DNA of 35,822 nucleotides from sequence record SRR22947725_3976; one strand, 5' to 3'. Shown piece by piece: positions 17,437 to 24,515 of this stretch (position 1 is its first letter; each line of letters starts with the position of its first letter). The notes under the pieces were generated by a model. It saw only the letters and a program-made list of their open reading frames with translations, ran no database searches and was not told where the DNA came from. The position numbers and the translations under genes were made by a program.

Positions 17437-18786
17437 ATGGTTATTAATCTTTTAAAATCTTGGATTAAGGAAAATGAAAATAAAATAAATAATCTATTTT
17501 TGTACTCTTTAAAGAACCCAATGAAAATTACTGAAATGTACAAAAACATTGACGCAAATGGAACTGGTCAAAGCTATAAAGATTTAAAAAAATTCTTAAA
17601 TTCGTCTCACTCAGATATTGACCTTACAAGCATTGAGGTACAAATAGACACATCAGAAAGTGAAGGAATTATTTTTTTTGAGTACAAATATCATGAAAAT
17701 GAGAGTTATTTTTATAGTCTAGGCAAAAAGCAAGTTAAGAATTTTTCAAAAGAAGAATTTTTTAAATATCTCGATACTGGGTTAAAACAGGCATCAGAAA
17801 AAGATAATTGGGTAGAAACTTTTGGACATCGTTACGTAACTATGCTCTCAAAAAATGAATTAAATCTACTAAATAAACATGAAATTAATTTGTGGCAAAA
17901 AAGAGTTAAACCAAATTTTAAAAAGGAATATGAAAAGTTCCAATCTCAACCAACTGAATGGAATGAGGGTATATCAAAACTTCTAGACTTATTATTAAAA
18001 GATCAATTAAAAAGTCTTCAATCATACGAACCCCTAACAGATATTACTTCTGCCCGTTTTGAAAAAATAAAACTAAAAAGCTTTATCTGCGAAGCGCCAG
18101 AAATTGAACAAAGAATACCTCAAGAAAAACGAACAAGTGTTCCAGATATATGCGTTTACATTTATGCAATAATTAATGTTCCTGAAAATGATAGTTTAGA
18201 CACAATTACCACAATGCAAATCAATGACTGGATAACAAACAATATAAAATTAATTGATATAAATTCTATCTTTGAATTTCTTACAAGCTTTCCTTTTAAC
18301 TTTGTAAAGAATAATTTTTGCATTATAACAACTGAGATCATTGGGATGAACAAAGATGACTTTGACAAATATGAAAATAAAAAAAATTTAATTAGAGAAA
18401 ATATAAAAATTAAAGATGATAAAATATTTCCCATTGATAAACTTAAGAAGAAAAACTTTGTTGAACTACTAAAAAAGAAGAATGTAACAAAAATAAAATT
18501 TCCTAAAAAAGATTATTATTTTGAGGACTTGCCTATTGATTTTGTTATGAAGTGCAACAAACTTGTTTGTGTTTTACTAAATATATTATCAAAGAATAAT
18601 TTAAATTATGATTTTGAACTAATAAAGCCTGAATTCTATTTAATAGATTTATGTAGCGACTTTACTCAATATAAGTCACTTGTAAAATCTGTAAAAGTAA
18701 ATTTTGATATTTTAAATGAAGTGCCTGAAGAAAATTTCTTATCTATGAAGGACGTATATTATTATATTTACAATCATTTAATCTAA
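17437..18786 (+). CDS. Hypothetical protein (449 aa, soluble)
   Basis: Long uninterrupted ORF with AGGT upstream, divergent from the NLR-like gene; no motif recognised. Confidence 0.7.
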   Translation: MVINLLKSWIKENENKINNLFLYSLKNPMKITEMYKNIDANGTGQSYKDLKKFLNSSHSDIDLTSIEVQIDTSESEGIIFFEYKYHENESYFYSLGKKQVKNFSKEEFFKYLDTGLKQASEKDNWVETFGHRYVTMLSKNELNLLNKHEINLWQKRVKPNFKKEYEKFQSQPTEWNEGISKLLDLLLKDQLKSLQSYEPLTDITSARFEKIKLKSFICEAPEIEQRIPQEKRTSVPDICVYIYAIINVPENDSLDTITTMQINDWITNNIKLIDINSIFEFLTSFPFNFVKNNFCIITTEIIGMNKDDFDKYENKKNLIRENIKIKDDKIFPIDKLKKKNFVELLKKKNVTKIKFPKKDYYFEDLPIDFVMKCNKLVCVLLNILSKNNLNYDFELIKPEFYLIDLCSDFTQYKSLVKSVKVNFDILNEVPEENFLSMKDVYYYIYNHLI

Positions 18787-18824
18787 ATTTAATATTTAAA
18801 TATTTTTAAATATTTAAGTTAAAA

Positions 18825-18902
18825 TTAAAAAATTGAAACACATCCTTGAATAAAAAATAAAGTACATATAACGATAGAAAATTTAATCACTGGTTTTATC
18901 AT
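18825..18902 (-). pseudogene. Truncated lipoprotein gene (signal peptide only)
   Basis: GGAG RBS; ATG 1 nt after the upstream stop; MIKPVIKFSIVICTLFFIQGCVSIF*. The lipobox IQGC is followed by a stop after four more codons. Confidence 0.55.
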
Positions 18903-18903
18903 T

Positions 18904-20202
18904 TTAATCTCCACTTGTTTTAACTTTCAATAATTTAAAATCTTTATCTTTATCTTCTGTAAAATCATTAATTAGTTTATTTAATTTATCAGTCTTTTCT
19001 TTAACAGAAAAATCGTTTTTGGATAATCTTTTTAATGCATCTTTAGCATTATTGGCTCTAGTAAAGTTATTATTAAGAATTGCACTTGTACCTGATGAAT
19101 AAAAATATTCAGATGCTTTTTTAAAATTACCTAAATTTTCCAATAACAGACCTGAGTGGAAATATGCATAGCTATTTTTATTATCTAGAGAAATAGACTT
19201 GTTATATGCAGCAAGTGACATATCTATCTGTTTTAATTTTGAGTAAGCAAACCCAAGCCCATTAAAGTAATCGCTATTACTTTCTATAGCTAATGCATCT
19301 AAAAAAGTAGATGAAGCACTTTCAAACTGGTTTAACATTAATTGAGATCGACCTTTTAAGAACAAAATTTTATGATCTTTAGGATTTGTTTTTAATAAAA
19401 TATTGATTTTTTCAATGGCTTTACCGTAATAACCCTGTGCAAAAAGAAAATCAGGCTTTTCTACTTTTTTTTCATTTATTTTAACTAACACTTGAGATGA
19501 TTTTGAATTTGGAATGACTGCAAATTTTAACTGATCTTCTATTGCAACATCTTTTGACTCAGGAAGAGTTTTTAATAAACGTCTCACTACTGTATCTATC
19601 ATTTGAAAAGCAACTTCATCTTCACTGTTACTAGATGCTGAAAATAATCCTGTGGCAAGACCTATTGGCGAAAAAGGAATTGAACCCGCTCTTGATACAG
19701 CTGTATGACTAGCTTTCCATAAAACTTTATTGTTTTTATCTTTTAAAGATAAACTTAAACCAACGTTTGTAGATGAAAAAGCAACATAAAAGTTGTTTCT
19801 AAACTCAGTAATAGTTCCTTCTAAAAGAGCATCACAATTTAAATTATCTAAAATAACATTATGATCTGCAGAAGAATTCATGACTGAAGCAACTTTGTGT
19901 AATTCTACGTCCTGATAGTTTTTAGGAGACAAGTGTCCATAAATTGCATGCCTTATTAATAAAACTTTGTCTAAATACTTGTAATCATTTTCTTCTGACA
20001 CATCTGTAATTTTCCCTATTGCAATACAGCTTATTTTTTTAGGATTAAAATTTTCTGAAATAGTATATTGAACTTCTGGAAGAAAATCAGTGGTTCCAGT
20101 AATATTTGTAACTTTAGAATATTTTGGTGTTTGACAAGAACTTAGTAAAAAACATAATAATAAAAGTTGAATATGATAATAATAATTTGATTTAAAGATC
20201 AT
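18904..20202 (-). CDS. Lipoprotein with DUF799/GNA1162-like N-domain and C-terminal TPRs
   Basis: Lipobox LSSC; CDALLEGTITEF...VGLSLSL...VLWKASH, a CsgG/TolB-N-like fold pattern; TPRs (LFLKGRSQLMLNQFESA, YFNGLGFAY, AYFHSGLLL). Confidence 0.75.
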   Translation of the reverse strand: MIFKSNYYYHIQLLLLCFLLSSCQTPKYSKVTNITGTTDFLPEVQYTISENFNPKKISCIAIGKITDVSEENDYKYLDKVLLIRHAIYGHLSPKNYQDVELHKVASVMNSSADHNVILDNLNCDALLEGTITEFRNNFYVAFSSTNVGLSLSLKDKNNKVLWKASHTAVSRAGSIPFSPIGLATGLFSASSNSEDEVAFQMIDTVVRRLLKTLPESKDVAIEDQLKFAVIPNSKSSQVLVKINEKKVEKPDFLFAQGYYGKAIEKINILLKTNPKDHKILFLKGRSQLMLNQFESASSTFLDALAIESNSDYFNGLGFAYSKLKQIDMSLAAYNKSISLDNKNSYAYFHSGLLLENLGNFKKASEYFYSSGTSAILNNNFTRANNAKDALKRLSKNDFSVKEKTDKLNKLINDFTEDKDKDFKLLKVKTSGD

Positions 20203-20206
20203 TCAA

Positions 20207-21757
20207 ATGTCCAATAATAAATTTTTAACCATAATATATACGTTATTTATAATAATATGCTTTAGCATCAATACATATGCAATAACGGAAAAGCAGTATT
20301 TAATTATAAATGATTTAATAGAGCAAGAAAATATTGATAAAGCATATGAAGATTTAAAAATATTTCAAAAAGGTAAAGGAAAACTATCTGCTAGAAGTCA
20401 AATTTTAATTGGAAAAATTTATTTAACTTTAGAACAACCTGCAAAAGCCTTTACTTTTTTTGAAAAAGCAATATTCACATCAACCTCAACTGACGATCGA
20501 GCTTACGCCGGTATGTCGTTATCTTCTTTAAAACTTGGAAATTTAACTGATGCTCAAAAATATGCCGAAAAAGCTTTAGAAAGAAACCATGATTTAGTTC
20601 AAGCTAAATTAGCTCTTGGAGAAGTCTATTTAGATTTTGGACAAATAGAAAAATCTGAAAAATATTTTAAGCAAGCTATTTTGGCTAGTCCTAACTCTCA
20701 AGTGTCTGCAAGAGTTTATGCAAGCTCAAAAATGAGACAAGGTAAACTCAACAAAGCAAAAAAAATTATTTTGACAGCTTTGTTGAATCAAAAACCAGAT
20801 GCCGCAACAATTGACTTGCTAGGTAAAATATTCTGGGTAGAAGGAAATATAAAAGAAGCAATTAACTTAAGAAAACAAGCGTCTCAGATGTTTATTAAAT
20901 CAGGAAATATAAAAAGATCTGATCAAATTAAAGTTTGGTTAAATATGACTAACATACCTAAAGTAAATTCTAAAAACAGTAATATAAATAAAAATAAATT
21001 AATAAAAACTCCTAAGCTAAACAAACAATCTAAAATTATTCAACCCCAAGTCAAATTAGACAAAAGAGCTATAATCAAACCAAACTCAAAACCTGAAGAA
21101 ATATTTTTAAATAAAAACAAGCCTGTATCTACTGGAAGTGGAGTTATAATAAATAACGGCAAGTGGATAATCACAAATAAACACGTCATAAGTGGATCTC
21201 GTTATATTGTAGTTCGAAATGGTGTAGGAAAGGTAAGAGAAGTTGAAAGTGTAAAAATTCCTGAAAGTAAAGATAAAGATATGGCCATTTTAATTCTAAA
21301 AAAACCATTTCCATCAAACCATAGTTTATCAATTAATGACATTAGGGATCCTATACCTGGTGAAAAAGTTTATTTAATGGGATATCCAATGTCATCTGTA
21401 TTAGGAAGATATAACCCATCAATCTCAGAAGGTATTGTTAGCAAAGCCTCTGGCTTTGGAGAGCTTGCAGGTGAATTTCAAATAACAGCTAAGATGAATA
21501 AAGGAAATAGTGGAGGGCCAATCTTTAATAATAATGGCCAGATTATAGGTATAGCAGTCGGTAAATTAAATAAGAAAGAAGTTTTAAATAAGGATGGCTT
21601 TATACCAGAAGACGTAAATATTGGAATTTCAGGAAATGTAATTTCAAATTTTTTAAAATCACCTTTAAAGGATAATTTCAATGATAACAAAAAATATGAA
21701 GCAACCGAAATATACAAGTATATGCGACCATCTGTTGTATTTGTTGTTAGCCAATAG
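20207..21757 (+). CDS. Secreted TPR-repeat protein fused to a trypsin-like (S1) serine protease domain
   Basis: Signal peptide; N-terminal TPRs; TGSG, IITNKHVI (His), DMAIL (Asp) and GNSGGP (Ser); no PDZ domain evident. Confidence 0.88.
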   Translation: MSNNKFLTIIYTLFIIICFSINTYAITEKQYLIINDLIEQENIDKAYEDLKIFQKGKGKLSARSQILIGKIYLTLEQPAKAFTFFEKAIFTSTSTDDRAYAGMSLSSLKLGNLTDAQKYAEKALERNHDLVQAKLALGEVYLDFGQIEKSEKYFKQAILASPNSQVSARVYASSKMRQGKLNKAKKIILTALLNQKPDAATIDLLGKIFWVEGNIKEAINLRKQASQMFIKSGNIKRSDQIKVWLNMTNIPKVNSKNSNINKNKLIKTPKLNKQSKIIQPQVKLDKRAIIKPNSKPEEIFLNKNKPVSTGSGVIINNGKWIITNKHVISGSRYIVVRNGVGKVREVESVKIPESKDKDMAILILKKPFPSNHSLSINDIRDPIPGEKVYLMGYPMSSVLGRYNPSISEGIVSKASGFGELAGEFQITAKMNKGNSGGPIFNNNGQIIGIAVGKLNKKEVLNKDGFIPEDVNIGISGNVISNFLKSPLKDNFNDNKKYEATEIYKYMRPSVVFVVSQ

Positions 21758-22586
21758 CACCCTACTTTTTTTAATTATATATCCATCAATAATTCAAGCA
21801 AAAATAGTTAAAGGTGAAGGCATGTCATATTGGGGAGAAAATACGTCAAAAAAAGAAGCATGCGATTTAGCTGAAAGAGAAGCTAAGAATGATGCACTTC
21901 GAAAAATTGGCTTGGAAAGACTTAATTCTAATCAAATAGAAGTTTGTATTGATTCAGGAGATAAAGCAAATTGTGAGCTTTATCAAAGTACATTTAATAC
22001 TATTAGTGGTGGATACATAAAAGACTTTTCTATTCTTGAAAAAAAAAGAGGTGGAATAAAAGAAGATTTTTGTATTGTCAAAATTGATGCTGATGTTTTT
22101 AAATATAATGGTGATCATGATCAAGAATTTATTGTTAACGCCAACATTGGAACATTTAAAAAAGATAACAAAAATAAATTAAAATTTGTTTATGATACAA
22201 AACGTTTTTTTGAAGGAAGTAATTTCGTTATTAATGGCAACCTATCCAAAGAAGCATACGTAACTATTCTAAGCTGGTACCCAAGCGTTGATAAAAAAAA
22301 TTATTATAAATTATATCCAAATATACATGAAATGAACAACTTATTAAATGAAAGTTTTTTTATTCCTAGCAAAGAGCAATATAAAAAATATGGTTTTAAT
22401 CTATCTTTACCTAAAAATTTTAAAAAAAATGAAACACAAGAATTCATAATTGTGCTTGCAACAAAAATGAAATTTGCAATACTAGACAAAATAGATATAA
22501 AAGAATTATCAATTAGACTAGATGATATAGGAAAATCAAACTGGTTTATGAAAAATATAGGTTATTCAATTTTAAGGAAAAATTAA
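21681..22586 (+). CDS. Secreted protein with FlgT/LPP20-like N-domain and DUF4384-like C-domain (start uncertain)
   Basis: Signal-like segment ending IQA; KEAC.LAEREAKNDAL; C-terminal AYVTIL...YKLYPN...FFIP...EFIIVLAT pattern. Overlaps the protease 3' end. Confidence 0.6.
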   Translation: MITKNMKQPKYTSICDHLLYLLLANSTLLFLIIYPSIIQAKIVKGEGMSYWGENTSKKEACDLAEREAKNDALRKIGLERLNSNQIEVCIDSGDKANCELYQSTFNTISGGYIKDFSILEKKRGGIKEDFCIVKIDADVFKYNGDHDQEFIVNANIGTFKKDNKNKLKFVYDTKRFFEGSNFVINGNLSKEAYVTILSWYPSVDKKNYYKLYPNIHEMNNLLNESFFIPSKEQYKKYGFNLSLPKNFKKNETQEFIIVLATKMKFAILDKIDIKELSIRLDDIGKSNWFMKNIGYSILRKN

Positions 22587-23194
22587 TGAAAAATATTATT
22601 GCTATCTTATCAGGTTTATTAATCTTAATCTTAAGCTCTTGTGGTCCAAAAATAGGTTCGCCTGAAGCCACCTTAAAACTTCGTCAAGAAGAAATAAAAA
22701 AAGTTGAAGATAAAGTTGCTGATACTGTTGATGATATACCTGATTGGTGTCTCAATGTACCTATAAGTGACTTTGCCCTCGCAGCTTGTGGTGCTGGTGA
22801 ATCGGCTAGCATGAATATTGCGAGGAGCAAAGCAATTTTAGATGCTAAACGACAATTAGCTGACAGCATAGATAGTGATATAAGTACGAAAACGGACGGT
22901 TATGCTAAGGCGATTGGAACTGGTACTAATGAACAAGTACAAAGTGCTTTTGAAGAAGTAATAAAAAACGTTAGCGCTGAAGCTAAATTAATTGGTTATA
23001 AACAAACCAAAACTAAAGCCTTTAGTAGAGCTAATAAATATCAATTTTTTGTACTACTAGAATTCCCTATTGGTAAAGCAAATCAAGCTCTTTTAAACCA
23101 AATTCAGAAAAATGAGGTTTTAAGCACTCAAAAAAATGCTAATAAAGCAATGGCAGATTTAGAGGCAGAAATAAATAAAAGAAGGCAAAATTAG
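22586..23194 (+). CDS. LPP20-like lipoprotein
   Basis: Lipobox LSSC; IPDW, ACGAGES..MNIARSKAILDAKRQLA; TAATG stop/start overlap with the upstream gene. Confidence 0.75.
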   Translation: MKNIIAILSGLLILILSSCGPKIGSPEATLKLRQEEIKKVEDKVADTVDDIPDWCLNVPISDFALAACGAGESASMNIARSKAILDAKRQLADSIDSDISTKTDGYAKAIGTGTNEQVQSAFEEVIKNVSAEAKLIGYKQTKTKAFSRANKYQFFVLLEFPIGKANQALLNQIQKNEVLSTQKNANKAMADLEAEINKRRQN

Positions 23195-23247
23195 TTTTTA
23201 TATTATGTTACATAACGAAGATTGTTTTATCTATTAATCTCTTTTTT

Positions 23248-23538
23248 TTAGTCAAAATCACCATTAGACATTGTTAAACCTTTTGAGAGTTTTGTTATAA
23301 CTTCAAAAAAATCTTTTATAAACATATTATGATTATCTATTTTATCGGCACCTAAATCAGCAACAATATGTGTGGGTGGTGGAAATGTTTCATCAAATTC
23401 ACCTGATTCAATAATTGCTGCAGTCTTAAATGCTAATAAGTATTTTTTTGACATATGAAGTTGTATCTGGAACTCGTTATTCCAGTAAACTTCTTCGTTT
23501 TTAGAAATAATTTCGTTAATTTTTTCACTTAATGACAT
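23248..23538 (-). CDS. Hypothetical acidic protein (ATG at 23538 preferred over TTG at 23556)
   Basis: AGGT lies 6 nt upstream of the ATG of MSLSEK; no recognised motif. Confidence 0.6.
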   Translation of the reverse strand: MSLSEKINEIISKNEEVYWNNEFQIQLHMSKKYLLAFKTAAIIESGEFDETFPPPTHIVADLGADKIDNHNMFIKDFFEVITKLSKGLTMSNGDFD

Positions 23539-23590
23539 GAAATTACCTAAATTCAATTAAAAATAAATACCATAAATATTTATTGTCTTT

Positions 23591-23728
23591 TTATTTACTT
23601 TTCAATTTTTTTGACATTGTATCTTTTGACCATTCAGCTGCATCTGTAACATCTTTACCTACACCAGCAACTGTACTACATCCTCCAATAATAAAAGCAG
23701 TTATTAAAATCAAAACATTTTTCATCAT
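23591..23728 (-). CDS. Entericidin EcnA/B-family small lipoprotein, absent from the ORF track
   Basis: GGAG RBS; MMKNVLILITAFIIGGCSTVAGVGKDVTDAAEWSKDTMSKKLKSK*; the C-x-T-V-x-G-x-G-K-D-V signature follows the lipobox. Confidence 0.85.
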   Translation of the reverse strand: MMKNVLILITAFIIGGCSTVAGVGKDVTDAAEWSKDTMSKKLKSK

Positions 23729-23783
23729 TAATCTCCAATTCTTTGTTAAGTTTAATTTCTTAATTACAAAATTTTAATTTAAT

Positions 23784-24218
23784 TCAACCTGGAATATATT
23801 CTTCTCTACCATTAATTTTGAAAATAACATCAATTACAAAATCATGATCTAATTCTGTATTTTGCATATCTTCAAACGGCAAAACATTTACATAATCTTC
23901 TTTAACAGTAAACCAAACATTTATACAACATTCCTCACTGGGCCTATGAACAATCATATTGAAGTTTGTGTCATGCTGTGGAAAATATTCAGTTAGAGAA
24001 TTTTTATGAATAAAAACAGCAAAAGACAGCATGTTAAAGTCGTCGTCTTGATCTGTATCTTCGTTGTAACCATATCCATCAAAAATAATTTTTATACCTT
24101 TAGGCACGTCACCAAAATCCTCACCAGGCTTAGCAAAACCATCTTTTACGTCACTATTCATTGTATTTATGAAAGCTCGAACCCATTTCTCTATAATGGG
24201 TAAATAATCTTGTTTCAC
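23784..24218 (-). CDS. Hypothetical acidic protein
   Basis: GTG start with strong AAGGAG RBS; 144 aa, D/E-rich. Confidence 0.7.
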   Translation of the reverse strand: MKQDYLPIIEKWVRAFINTMNSDVKDGFAKPGEDFGDVPKGIKIIFDGYGYNEDTDQDDDFNMLSFAVFIHKNSLTEYFPQHDTNFNMIVHRPSEECCINVWFTVKEDYVNVLPFEDMQNTELDHDFVIDVIFKINGREEYIPG

Positions 24219-24515
24219 TTATTACTCCTTATCAAGGTGATAATAAAAAATTATTAATTCATAAAAATTAAATATAAATACTTAATTCTATAATTAACGT
24301 ATTATTAATAAAAAAAAATTCAAGCAAAATAAACCATACTTAAATTTAAGAAGTAATGTGTCTCCATTTTTCTTAAATATATTAAAATTCATTACATATA
24401 TTTAATTTGCTATTCCAATTTTATGTTAATTATTTTTTTATAGTTTGTAATATTATGCTTAACTCATAATTTATTTACGCTTTCAAGATACATTTCTAGA
24501 AAAAATAAAAAAACT

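Noticed and set aside
10927-18434. ORFs 10927..11124, 15201..15443, 16494..16796 and 18162..18434
   Set aside because: Antisense shadows of long genes with no motifs; S/L/I/F-rich composition typical of reverse-strand read-through.
18787-18820. AT-only palindromes (AATATTTAAATATT; similar at 8555-8580)
   Set aside because: Expected by chance at this AT content; no GC stem.
21478-22869. ORFs 21478..21717, 22304..22489 and 22684..22869
   Set aside because: Antisense to the protease/lipoprotein operon.
23583-23777. + strand 64-aa ORF
   Set aside because: It is the antisense of the entericidin-like gene, which has an RBS and a family signature.
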